Positions 20,701 through 28,335 of a DNA stretch of 64,000 bases are shown piece by piece. A program made the position numbers and the translations under genes. The notes beneath the pieces were generated by a model, which ran no database searches, was not told the origin of the DNA, and saw nothing but the letters and a program-made list of their open reading frames with translations. Numbering within the stretch: position 1 is the stretch's first letter; each line of letters opens with the position of its first letter. Origin of the DNA: Candidatus Multivorans sp. (lineage in GTDB: Bacteria; Acidobacteriota; Thermoanaerobaculia; Multivoradales; Multivoraceae); assembly GCA_965224025.1 (NCBI GenBank), contig OZ245033.1, forward strand, positions 3,648,001-3,712,000. Reading direction: 5' to 3'.

Positions 20701-21482
20701 CCGCTCCTCCCGAGCCGCCCCCGGCTCCTGAGCCGCCCCCGGGACCGCTGGAGGCGCGCCTTGGGTCCGATGCGGACTGCACTGAAGAGTTGTGCCGCGC
20801 CCACGCGGGCGTACCGGTACTGTTCAACGACGTAAGTTCGGGGATCGTAAGGTCCCGAACGTGGGACTTCGGCGACGCCACGACGTCGAGCAGTCCCCGG
20901 GTCCCCCATTCGTGGGCGGCGCCGGGCTTCTACACGGTCACGTTGACGGTAAGTGACGGCGCGGACCGATCGACGGTGTCCCGAGTCTTCCTGGTCGAAT
21001 CGAGCGAACCCGCAGGGTTCTGCGAAGCGGGCGCCTACACGCAGTGCCTGCGCGACTCGCGATACCACGTCCGCGTCAACTGGTGGAATGACGGCGGCCA
21101 AACCGGTGCCGCCCGCGTGGTCCACGCGGGCACGAACGACTCAGGAGCGTTCTGGTTCTTCGACCAGGACAACTGGGAAGTGCTCATCAAGGTGCTCGAC
21201 GGCTGTGCACGGAATGGACACATCTGGGTCTTCGGCAGCTCAACGACCGATCGTGGATACCGCATCGTCGTCACCGACACGGTGACCGGCACGTTCCGCG
21301 AGTACACGAATGAGCCGGGACACCCGGCCCCGGCCATCACGGATGTCGTCGCGTTCGATTCCGAATGCCGCGGCGCCGGCGCCACCGATGCGCCGCAGGG
21401 CGCGCAGGCCCCGCCCTGGAGAGAGCTACACAACCTGCCCGAGACACCTCGCGAAGAAAGAGAGCGTGAACCATGGAAATGA
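14790..21482 (+). CDS. Giant secreted multidomain S8 (kexin/furin-like) serine protease with cadherin-like, Calx-beta, cadherin, FN3, P-domain and PKD modules
   Basis: Signal ending ALALPATAQ; DATLSALSL..VTVTPTT; two Calx-beta (DEIDEPDETFTITL, DVENDETFTVTL); cadherin NSAPVF..ATDADSGD; FN3; S8 motifs DDGID, HGSAVAG, NNSWG, AGGN, SGTSAAAP; YGFG-like FFGFG; P-domain; PKD WDFGD..PGFYTVTLTV. ORF open from 14667. Confidence 0.88.
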   Translation: MIHQPPARENKSARQRLLTGCGQPWRRLLAFRYAASAAAGSRASVCRAPPARPLRALAPAVLLALSGALALPATAQTVVLVSSFGNDQATANLKVGTSSWAKCFSTGTNSGGYDLTSLELDVKVVPASTAELRVAIYSSTLASGEVVPDSEVVALDIPTLAVGTSTFTVPANTVLAASTVAATASYCVVVGDSAFGGTTLELGRATTGSADSTGLTGWALGSGYQKPLLSLWGLDDGPDKMRVRLNGSAVSTDATLSALSLGTGVTLSRPFASGATTYTASVANSVDEVTVTPTTNHAQATYVYLDASDKALADADINTAGHQVALTVGDTVFKVKVTAEDATTTQTYSVTVTRAAPPRLRPALSIADAAASEGDPMSFGLTLSAAASEDLRVIWVLSIESGDTAATTDLGLSDGIVTITAGQMTGAITYASAEDEIDEPDETFTITLMEVLPSRLALLAADPTAKGTIRDDDPEPTLSVGSTVGNENDGFLTFPVELSAASGKTVTVDWETSTESGDTATYDTDFKADSETLTFIPGDVAGNFTVEVIPDADVENDETFTVTLFNATNAGISDATARGTIIDAGCRLNTGDLWCGVLTVGPISTTQDGFFGATGGLSDATFSVGTASYAIDQVSVANSTSTNPGRLLFSLTGGLTTVQKAKLVLHVDSEQFAFSAALYLGGNHSYRWTGTSLDWSSTSTVTLRLRAANSAPVFADASVAREVEENSVAGTDVGAVVPATDADSGDTLEYSLEGPGAAAFDIDDSLGQIRTVSGQDYNHEARNSYLMSVKASDGIASDTIAVTINVTDVNEKSAKPDKPTLAAVAGSSQRLDSSWTKPDLNGGPDITGYALQYREVATGSWEDFAHTGAGVTATITGLTANTDYQIQVLAKNGETDSDWSDSSDVASTNPAKPPDLTEVYAGEAGLTILWAPVRDDHPAATYDLRYIDLTPTSGESPDAGDPDAWTVVENVWRRPAAGAPLYVLQGLENFHDYLVAVRAVQPGGNQGPWSEQGASVSPAPHPDNASQEDPDARKATELPFDRPVSGFLQDPAPGQAGIGDSDYFRFVLDRRNSAIVCYTTGDVDTAARIVVDGDVDNVTRVVAGGRPKDGRNNFRFAMNESDFSGAFSLRVHTRLDESRDEFGIPIPDSGTPMPGGAYALECKFAPETSSIIDAQNIRFYAETAVSFEAPGDREYLAFDVDGSSDILLYSRGAADTQARVLDERGNVVAFSDDRVLHQQQPKNFAILLETEDLPNGRYVLEVERWPRINPFTRDTETEIAYVVVYPSVAPESGAVEDALPVELGFFGGELGDPRAGTLDSPGDGAIFQFDLDEPNHVFIRALAQLERRWDPSSTRLRMDLLTERGDTVDMHQRHEPFPHDSNKLQESLTSTTFLDAGRYYLRLRYHKDDQVPFIVLAGNPYPLPYFLLALTDPSQIEIFEECSSLGASSSDPLRPCQWHLDAVRVQPAWDAGYRGAGIEVLVSDDGIDDLHEDLKPNLHPSRVYDFGHGGSDAFHGYDAHGSAVAGIVAARDNDLGGRGVAPRANLRVHKLFPSTTIGFITQSLTRDMATVAIMNNSWGQVGPQPHLPQEPLSEALALAIEEGITRGYGGRGVLYVHAGGNNAANAGDANYGPLQTHYGIVVVAATSEDGDPQPYSDIGSNLWVSGPSGNLPPAIYTTDNYNRYTDAFSGTSAAAPVVSGVAALVREANPSLTWRDVKLILASTARKVNPDSSYYNWRQAGRKYDNHSEHYYHSNFFGFGLVDAAAAVELATRWTNLPPFVETAGESAEEVHLGSSKVSESKLTVLAGDVDFTEWVSVEFTIDIDRFRSYAIELVSPSGVRTYLSFGSSVVGIVLPGAGEQLPSEFAKLFDFHPGGITGTVGFGSAAFLGLNPVGQWTLRWERVLKEGQPSDHEDDVLKSWSLTAHGHGRSGSAGGSPGPPTPPEPPPAPEPPAPPEPPAPPEPPPAPEPPAPPEPPPAPEPPPGPLEARLGSDADCTEELCRAHAGVPVLFNDVSSGIVRSRTWDFGDATTSSSPRVPHSWAAPGFYTVTLTVSDGADRSTVSRVFLVESSEPAGFCEAGAYTQCLRDSRYHVRVNWWNDGGQTGAARVVHAGTNDSGAFWFFDQDNWEVLIKVLDGCARNGHIWVFGSSTTDRGYRIVVTDTVTGTFREYTNEPGHPAPAITDVVAFDSECRGAGATDAPQGAQAPPWRELHNLPETPREEREREPWK
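20607..20742 (+). repeat. Tandem ~18-bp repeats encoding a Pro/Glu/Ala linker
   Basis: PPTPPEPPPAPEPPAPPEPPAPPEPPPAPEPPAPPEPPPAPEPPP between the P-domain and the PKD domain. Confidence 0.9.
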
Positions 21483-22120
21483 CGGCTGGAGCGGGACTAC
21501 CGATTGCGGCTGCCGTAGCGGCGCTTGCCGTGACGCTCCTTGACACGGGTTCCATAGCCCAGGCCCAGGTGTACATCACGGGAAGATCGCAGCAGGTGCC
21601 GGCAGAACCGCCGCGGTACAGCGAACGAATCCGATCCAGGCCGCTCACGAGCCGTGACACCTCCGGGAGTCGGCCTTACGTCTGGCAGGACGGAGGCCGA
21701 ACCAGGACCGCACTTCTCTTGCCGAATCTCGTGCTCCGCAAGGTGAACCCGGCAGCGCCTCGGCAACAAGACGAAGAGGTGGTCCAAAAAAGGGGGAACG
21801 CCCTGATCATCCGCCGCGGAACCAGTGAATCGGCGGACCCGGGAGAACCCGTCTTCCTCTCGCGGGCGGGGACTCTTCTGACCCTTCCCGGCGGTGTTCT
21901 TCTCGTGTTCCACCAACACCTGAGTGGAGCGGCAATAGAAGCTCTCGTGGCCGAGCATGGGATCGCCCCGGAGCGTCTCTCGCCACTCGGCATCACCAAC
22001 GGTTTCCTGCTAGCCACGGATCCGGGGCTGCCATCGCTGGAAACGGCCAACGCTCTGGCGGGCGAGGAGGGTGTGCGGCTGGCAAGCCCGAACTGGTCTT
22101 ACTCCATAACGAATCAGTGA
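21473..22120 (+). CDS. Secreted hypothetical protein; candidate external chaperone/propeptide for the upstream S8 protease
   Basis: Overlaps protease stop; signal-like AAVAALAVTLL..AQA; C-terminal half LPGGVLLVF...ANALAGEEGVRLASPNW resembles subtilase prodomains. Confidence 0.6.
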   Translation: MEMTAGAGLPIAAAVAALAVTLLDTGSIAQAQVYITGRSQQVPAEPPRYSERIRSRPLTSRDTSGSRPYVWQDGGRTRTALLLPNLVLRKVNPAAPRQQDEEVVQKRGNALIIRRGTSESADPGEPVFLSRAGTLLTLPGGVLLVFHQHLSGAAIEALVAEHGIAPERLSPLGITNGFLLATDPGLPSLETANALAGEEGVRLASPNWSYSITNQ

Positions 22121-22617
22121 AATGCGGACGTGTCGCGCCCAAGCAGTTGCCGGCGGCACTCCTTTCGATACTGCGTCGGGCTTCTGCCCATGTGCCTTCT
22201 GAACGCTCTGTGGAACGTCCGGACGGATCCGAAGCCCACTTCCTCACTGATTTCGTTCGAAGACATGTTTCTTGAAGTGAGTTTCTTGCATGCAACTTCA
22301 ATGCGATGCGCAACCAGCCACTGACGGTAGGTCATCCCAACTCGTTCCCTGAAGTACCGCCTGAAGCTGGATGGGGCCATACAGGCAACGCGCGCCATTT
22401 TCTCGAGGCTGAGCGCTTCTTGAAGATGATCGTCAGCGTGACGCCGCACGCGGCGCAGACGGTCGAAGTACTCAAAGGGATCTGCCCTCCCCCAGCGGCT
22501 GACACCGCTCGCGGCGCAAATCCGCAAAGGCCGCCCCAAGACCGACGTCGTAGTTGCCTCCTGGAGCGGGACGGACGAATCCTCGTTGAATTGCGATGTG
22601 TAGGTCCAGTTGGACAT
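22114..22617 (-). CDS. AraC family transcriptional regulator (essentially HTH domain only)
   Basis: LSLEKMARVACMAPSSFRRYFRE...ISEEVGFGSVRTFHRAFRRHMGRSPTQYR. Confidence 0.8.
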   Translation of the reverse strand: MSNWTYTSQFNEDSSVPLQEATTTSVLGRPLRICAASGVSRWGRADPFEYFDRLRRVRRHADDHLQEALSLEKMARVACMAPSSFRRYFRERVGMTYRQWLVAHRIEVACKKLTSRNMSSNEISEEVGFGSVRTFHRAFRRHMGRSPTQYRKECRRQLLGRDTSAFH

Positions 22618-22989
22618 CGACTATGAGGTCGTGGAAGTCTAGACGGCTACAGGCGTTCAAGCGAAGCCCGCCTCAGTGGCAACGAGGAAGGTGTGGGCAG
22701 ACCGCCGTAGTCAGGATTCGCCACCGACACTTCTCGCCGAGGACCTGGGCTCCCGGACAAACACGCCCCAGAATGGCCCTAGAGGCCCCAAGAACACCGT
22801 ATACCGGGTACCATAACACACCATGGACCCACTAACAGTGTGACTTGGCCCGTCCGGCGCCATGCCTGTGTCTCTTGTGGAGGGATCGCTCGGAGACTGA
22901 GCCGCTCATCGCTGGAAGAGTGATCCACCCTCGGCCCTTTGCCGATAGCTTGGTCTTGTACATGAGACCAACGCGATCGGAGGAAGGAC

Positions 22990-23782
22990 TTGCTGAGGAT
23001 GGATCAGGTTCATGTTATTCGGCGCCAGGTGCTGAGGGAGGGTCGGAGCCAGCGCTCGGTGGCCCGCGAGCACGGTGTGAGCCGCAACACGGTGCGCAAG
23101 TACCTGGATCAGAGCGAGCCGAGGCGGGTGGAGAGCAAGCCCCGGCGTCGCTGGGTGACACAGTGATCGCGCCCGGTGGGAGGAGGACCAGGAGGCACTG
23201 CGAGAGTTGCCGGCGGCCGGCTTTGAGCCAAGGAAGCTCAAGATCGTGCGGGCGTCGCGGCGGGCGACGGTGCAGTTGGGCGGCGCCACCTACTCGGTTC
23301 CCTCGCGCTGGAAGAGCCTCGAGATCCACGCCCTCGTCGGCGCCAGCGACATCGTCTTCTCCTGTCGCGACGCGGAGTACCGCTGCGACCTTGTGCGGCC
23401 GGGACAGCGCCTGGTGCGTTACGCGCACTACTTCGAGGAGCTGTCTCGGAAACCTCAAGCGGTGCGCCAAGTCGCTCCGGAGCTGCTCGCAGAGCTCGGT
23501 CCGGCGTACCGCAAGCTATGGAGAATGCTGGAGTTGCGGCACGGGGCGCTGGAGACGGCGAGGCTCTTCGCCAAGCTGCTGAGCGTGGTTGTGGACCACG
23601 GCAGCGAGGAGGTCGCCTCCGCTCTCGAGGAAGCCCTGGCCGCCGGCCGCTTCGACCTGCTGGGACTTGTCGAGCGAAGCTCCGCGCCCCGGATGGAGGT
23701 GCCCGAGCCGCTCCGGGGCCACGAGGTCGAGAGCGCCCGAGCCGTCGACTTCGACGTGCTGCTTCAGGAGGCGGCGTCGTGA
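22990..23782 (+). pseudogene. istA: IS21 transposase IstA lacking the DDE core
   Basis: N-terminal HTH MLRMDQVHVIRRQV..GVSRNTVRKYL stops at ~23166; C-terminal part (VQLGGATYSVP, HYFEELSRKPQAV) follows in another frame; about 800 bp in total. Confidence 0.82.
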
Positions 23783-24531
23783 GCCGGGCCGCGCGCAGAG
23801 CCGTCATCGCCGAGGGCCTCAAGACGCTCAAGATGCCTTCCGTGCTGCGCGACTACGAGCAGCGGGCGCGTCAGGCCCAGGACGCGCAGTGGGACTACGA
23901 GGACTACCTCTGGCAACTGCTCGAGGCCGAGATCCGGGATCGGGAGGCCCGCGCCGTCGAGCGCCGGCCGCGGGCGGCCCGCTTCCCCGACCGCAAGACG
24001 CTCGAGCAGATCGACTTCGAGGCGCTGCAAGGAGTGTCCAAGCCGAAACTGCGCGAGCTGGCGGCCTGCGACTACATCGACCGCGGCGACGATGTCGTCC
24101 TGGTCGGACCCATCGGCACCGGCAAGACGCATCTCGCGATCGCGCTGGGCATCGAGGCCGCGAAGCGCCGCCGCCGGGTCTGGTTCCGCAAGGCCTCCGA
24201 CCTCGTCCGCGACCTGATCGAAGCCCGCGACCAGCGGGAGCTGGGCCGCCTCCAGCAGCGGCTTCAGCGGATCGACCTCCTGATCTGCGACGAGCTCGGC
24301 TTCGTGCCCTTCGACCGCGCCGGCGGCGAGCTGCTCTTCAACGTCTTCGCCGACCGCTACGAGCGCCGCTCGACCATCGTCACCTCCAACCTCGCCTTCT
24401 CCGAATGGGTCCGCGTATTCGGCGACGAGAAGCTCACCACGGCCCTGCTCGACCGCCTCTCCCACCACGCCCACATCCTTGCCACAAAGGGCTCCTCCTA
24501 TCGGACACGGCCGCGGAGAAGCCCCTCGTGA
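23779..24531 (+). CDS. istB: IS21 helper ATPase IstB
   Basis: GPIGTGKTHLA Walker A, LLICDELG Walker B, STIVTSNL, ALLDRLSHH, GSSYR. Confidence 0.93.
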   Translation: MSRAARRAVIAEGLKTLKMPSVLRDYEQRARQAQDAQWDYEDYLWQLLEAEIRDREARAVERRPRAARFPDRKTLEQIDFEALQGVSKPKLRELAACDYIDRGDDVVLVGPIGTGKTHLAIALGIEAAKRRRRVWFRKASDLVRDLIEARDQRELGRLQQRLQRIDLLICDELGFVPFDRAGGELLFNVFADRYERRSTIVTSNLAFSEWVRVFGDEKLTTALLDRLSHHAHILATKGSSYRTRPRRSPS

Positions 24532-24865
24532 ATCCGGACCCCACGACGCGCAACCGGACCGCCGCGGCGCCGCCGCCGAGAGCACCGCACCGGCGGCCGG
24601 CTGCGGAAGCTGCCGGCGCCGCGGAAAACGGCGGACCGTTTCCCGCACCGCCTTGGAAAACCGGCAGACCGGTTTCCCACAGCTACCGCGGCCACTACTG
24701 CTACTGACTCAAGGGGGACCGACGAGAGAAGACTCGCGTACACTCAACACGGCCGAGGTGGCTCACCTTTCCGAGCGTTGCCAACACTCTTGGGCCCGGA
24801 CCACTTCGCATAGCTCGTTGTTGGAGAAAGAACACAGCCTCGGCAACCGTCGCAGGAGGTGCCTC

Positions 24866-25360
24866 ATTCGCCGTCTCGACAGCAAGGACTACGACATCCT
24901 GAAACTCCTTCAGGAGGATGGCGCTCGGTCCGACGCCGAGTTGGCGCGGCGAGTCAATCTCTCAACGTCGGGTCTGAAGAAGCGACGCCTCAAGCTCGAA
25001 CGCGAGGGGATCATCGAGAAGAAGGTGATCCTCGTGGACCGGAACGCTCTCGGCCTCGGTCTTCAGTGCTTCGTGCATGTGTCCCTGGCTCACCAACGGG
25101 AAGACGCCGACCGGCAGTTCCGGGACGCGATCGAGCGCATGCCCGAAGTCATGGAGTGCCACTTCTTGACGGGCCAACACGACTACCTGCTGAAGGTCGT
25201 CGTGCGGAACTACGCGGATCTTGAGCGGCTCCTGAGCGATCTGACGCGTCCGCCGGTAGAACGCCTTCTGACCAGCATCGTGCTCACTGAGGTCAAGCGA
25301 ACCACCTCGATGCCCCTGGACCTCGCGCAAGGCGAGACTGCTGCGGACACGAACGTCTGA
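24866..25360 (+). CDS. Lrp/AsnC family transcriptional regulator (copy 2)
   Basis: LDSKDYDILKLLQED, EVMECHFLTGQHDYLLKV; SD AGGAGG precedes in-frame ATT 24866; alternative TTG 24818. Confidence 0.85.
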   Translation: MRRLDSKDYDILKLLQEDGARSDAELARRVNLSTSGLKKRRLKLEREGIIEKKVILVDRNALGLGLQCFVHVSLAHQREDADRQFRDAIERMPEVMECHFLTGQHDYLLKVVVRNYADLERLLSDLTRPPVERLLTSIVLTEVKRTTSMPLDLAQGETAADTNV

Positions 25361-25579
25361 CCGAGCGGCGCACCAAGGCGCCGGGCCGCCCAACCGAAGC
25401 GCGGCTTGACCGTCCACCATGCTGCCGACGCGGCGACGGTGGAGGAGGCCGCACGCCGCGCTGACGTCTCGCCGGTCCGGCCGGTCACCATGTCCCTGGC
25501 CCACCTTCGCGCCCCCGCGACCGTGGCCGGCGTCTTTGCTGCGAACATGGTCGGTCTTGTCCGGTTCTTGCGCTCTCCT

Positions 25580-25692
25580 GACCTTGACTTGGTTTCGCGG
25601 ACACCAGATCCTTTGAAGTAGGAAGGATCGACGAGTGCGGGAATCAAGCCCCCGTACCCCGCTGAGTTCCGGCGCGAGATGGTGGAGCTGTA
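25580..25692 (+). mobile_element. Possible IS3-family left-end remnant
   Basis: End-like TTTCGCGGACACC followed by PPYPAEFRREMVEL, resembling the start of IS3 OrfA; no continuation. Confidence 0.45.
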
Positions 25693-25979
25693 CAAGCCCC
25701 CGCATTCGTCAGCTTCTGGTGGGGCTGTGCGGCGCCGCCTGACGCCTCCCCAGGCAGAAAGTCCCACGAGCCCGGCGCAACTCGCCTTGAGACCAAGGGA
25801 AACTTTCCTTGAGGCCAAGGGAAAGCGACTTGTGGCCCCGAAATTTCCTCGTATGGCGTCAAATGGCTCCCATTTGCTACGGTATAGGAACATACGGAGA
25901 CATACACATCCCCGAGGCATCCTCAAACCGTCCGACTTGCACACGTGAACCGGCAGCCAACCGAGAAGGACTGACGAAG

Positions 25980-26276
25980 ATGGAAGTGACCGAACGTGAC
26001 CGGGAGACCTCTGGTCTCACCCCTCTCTGCTTCGTTCGCGTCTCCCTGAGGCACCACCAGCGAGATGCCGACGAGCACTTCCGGGCAACGGTCCGAGACC
26101 AGGCGGAAGTTATCGAGTGCCACTTCCTGACGGGCGAGGAGGACTATCTGCTGAAGGTGGCGGTACGCGACTACCAGGATCTCGAACCGATCCTGATCGC
26201 GCTCGCCACATGTCCAGGAGTCGATCGGCTCATAACCAGCATCGTGCTGCGCGAATTGAAGCGAGCGACTCCCTAG
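25980..26276 (+). pseudogene. Lrp/AsnC paralog (copy 3), effector domain only
   Basis: LCFVRVSLRHHQRDAD..EVIECHFLTGEEDYLLKV..GVDRLITSIVL; HTH missing or decayed. Confidence 0.75.
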
Positions 26277-26335
26277 TCTCAGCCCCACAACCATTCGGGA
26301 ACTGCCGGCGCCTAGGTGCGCGCGCCGGCCACGGA

Positions 26336-27496
26336 CTAGTCGAGTTCCGCAGTCGTGAAGCGAACCGCGGCAACCCACGGCTCCTCCCCCGGCGTGAAGT
26401 GACCATACGTGGTGGTCACGAAGGTGCCGTCGGGCAGCAACTCCAGACCCGGATAGCCGGTGTCCGCGGCGTACGTGTTGTCCATCAGCCGCACGCGCAC
26501 CTCGCCGGCCCAGGGCTGTCGTTTGCCGCGGTGCAGATCCTCGTAGCGGCCGAGCCAGCCCACCCAGTCGCCCCGCCACGGGCTGGACGGCGCCTGGTCG
26601 CGGAAGGTCACGAACAGCCGGCCGTCCGGCGTGTAGCGGCCCACGTGCCGGTCGCCGGTGAGCGACGACGGCAGCTCCACCGGCCGGCTCCAGGTGCGGC
26701 CCTCGTCGCGCGAGAAGATGACGAAGGAGTTGAACTGGCGGCTGTTCTCGCGCAGCAGCACCGCGATCTCGCGGCCGTCGGGCGACCGGATGAGTCCCGG
26801 CTCGCACAGGTGCGCCTCGGGGTGCGCCGCGATGACCTCCGGCTCCGACCAGGTCAATCCATCGTCGAGCGAGATCGTCTTGTAGACCTTGAAGTCCGGT
26901 TCGAAACCGGGGATCCGCTCGTAGCGCGAAGTCGCCCGGCGCAGGAAGCGGCCGTCGTCGTGGAACAGGGCCATCAACTCGCCGTCCACACTCCGGAGCC
27001 GCTCGACGGACGACATCGCGACAACGCCCCCGAAGTGGCCGATCGGCTCGAGTTCGGTCCATGTCCGGCCCTCGTCTTCCGACCGAGCCATCCGTATCGG
27101 GTAGAGCCCGGAAAACATGATCAACCGACGGCGTCCGTCCGGCAGGTCGACGGGAAAAACCGTCGGCGTCTCCATCGACGTAGCCCAGCTTGCCGGCGTC
27201 GGCAGACGCTCGCTCCAGGTGAGCCCGCCGTCGGTGCTGCGCTTCATCACGATCGCACCGGCGCCGTGGCCCTTGGGGTAGACCGTCAGGATCGAGCGTT
27301 GATCCGAGAGCAACACCGTCGTCGGATGACCCAGGTACTGCCCCGGCTCCCGGTCGACCACGACTTGGCGATGGGTCTCGTGCGCCCAGTCGACCCAGCG
27401 GAGCTGCGCGTCACCGGCGCCACGGCAGCCGACAACCGAGGTCAGAACGAGCGCCACGAGCGCGAGAGACTCCCACAGCCCGCGCGCCGCCTTCAT
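26336..27496 (-). CDS. BNR/Asp-box repeat sialidase-family protein (putative lipoprotein)
   Basis: Four Asp-boxes (STDGGLTW, SEDEGRTW, SLDDGLTW, SRDEGRTW), YLGHPT, LCEP, DTGYP; lipobox-like VVGC; alternative starts 27517/27532. Confidence 0.85.
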   Translation of the reverse strand: MKAARGLWESLALVALVLTSVVGCRGAGDAQLRWVDWAHETHRQVVVDREPGQYLGHPTTVLLSDQRSILTVYPKGHGAGAIVMKRSTDGGLTWSERLPTPASWATSMETPTVFPVDLPDGRRRLIMFSGLYPIRMARSEDEGRTWTELEPIGHFGGVVAMSSVERLRSVDGELMALFHDDGRFLRRATSRYERIPGFEPDFKVYKTISLDDGLTWSEPEVIAAHPEAHLCEPGLIRSPDGREIAVLLRENSRQFNSFVIFSRDEGRTWSRPVELPSSLTGDRHVGRYTPDGRLFVTFRDQAPSSPWRGDWVGWLGRYEDLHRGKRQPWAGEVRVRLMDNTYAADTGYPGLELLPDGTFVTTTYGHFTPGEEPWVAAVRFTTAELD

Positions 27497-27516
27497 GACC
27501 CGCGTCCCAAGTGTCA

Positions 27517-27583
27517 TCCCCGCGCCCGTCATCGGACGCGGGGACTGTGTCGCGCGTGGCGCGCATGCGCGCCACGCAGGTTC
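27517..27583 (-). repeat. Double-hairpin repeat, copy 1
   Basis: Reverse complement GAACCTGCGTGGCGCGCATGCGCGCCACGCGCGACACAGTCCCCGCGTCCGATGACGGGCGCGGGGA aligns with 36371-36437. Confidence 0.7.
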
Positions 27584-28293
27584 TTCAGCGCTTCCCGGCG
27601 GCTCAACGGACTCAAGCGACCCTCGTGCGCGCGGACGAACCGGCGCACCTCGTCGGGGTCGTGCCACGCCAGGTCGCGCAGCGCCCAGCCGATCGCCTTG
27701 CGGATGAAGAACTCGCCGCCGAAGCGCGACCCGAGCAGGTTTTCGCCGATCGTCGCGTACAGGAGTTCCAGATCCGTGTCGCCCTTGCGGCCGAGCTGGC
27801 AGATCATCGAGGAGCGGCGCTTCCAGAGGTCGCCGCAGCGGCTCCAGATCCGCATCCGCCGCGCCATCGTCTTCGGATAACGCTCGACCAGTTCCCGCAA
27901 CCTGTGACTCGCGACGGCGTCGACGAAGTCCCACCAGGCGCCGGAGACGATCATCTCCTCGAAGACGGGCAGCGCCTTCATGGTGCGAAGGGGCTGGTAT
28001 GCCCGGTAGCCGCTGAGATCGATCGCGGCGTGCCGCTCTTCGCGGCGGCCGGCCGTGCGCCACAGAGTGAGGACAGTCGACCGCCACTCCTCGAAGCCGT
28101 CCAGCGAGTACCTTCGGAACAGCGCCCGGCCGATCTTCCGCAGCTCCGGCGTCTTCACGCCCCAGAACGGCATGGCGGACTTCATGTACGCCTGCTGCCC
28201 CTGCGCGCGGACGGGGTCGCCGGCCGCCGCCAGCTCGCGCCGAAGTTCCAGAATCAGCTTCCGACCCGCCGGCGGGGGCCCCAGTTCCTCCAT
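27529..28293 (-). CDS. DNA alkylation repair protein (AlkD-like)
   Basis: [54 protein letters not shown]. Confidence 0.9.
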   Translation of the reverse strand: MEELGPPPAGRKLILELRRELAAAGDPVRAQGQQAYMKSAMPFWGVKTPELRKIGRALFRRYSLDGFEEWRSTVLTLWRTAGRREERHAAIDLSGYRAYQPLRTMKALPVFEEMIVSGAWWDFVDAVASHRLRELVERYPKTMARRMRIWSRCGDLWKRRSSMICQLGRKGDTDLELLYATIGENLLGSRFGGEFFIRKAIGWALRDLAWHDPDEVRRFVRAHEGRLSPLSRREALKNLRGAHARHARHSPRVR

Positions 28294-28335
28294 CCCGGCG
28301 AATCTAGCAGCGAGCGCGGCGCTATCCTTGGCGCC

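Larger units (their letters stand above)
22878..24786 (+). mobile_element. IS21-family insertion sequence with internally deleted istA
   Basis: TG...CA ends; left TGGAGGGATCGCTCGGAGACTGAGCC vs reverse complement of right TGTTGGCAACGCTCGGAAAGGTGAGCC; 6-bp direct repeat CTCTTG at 22872-22877 and 24787-24792; istA/istB content. Confidence 0.88.

Noticed and set aside
20607-20742. Tandem repeats as a CRISPR array
   Set aside because: No unique spacers, in-frame Pro-rich linker, no cas genes
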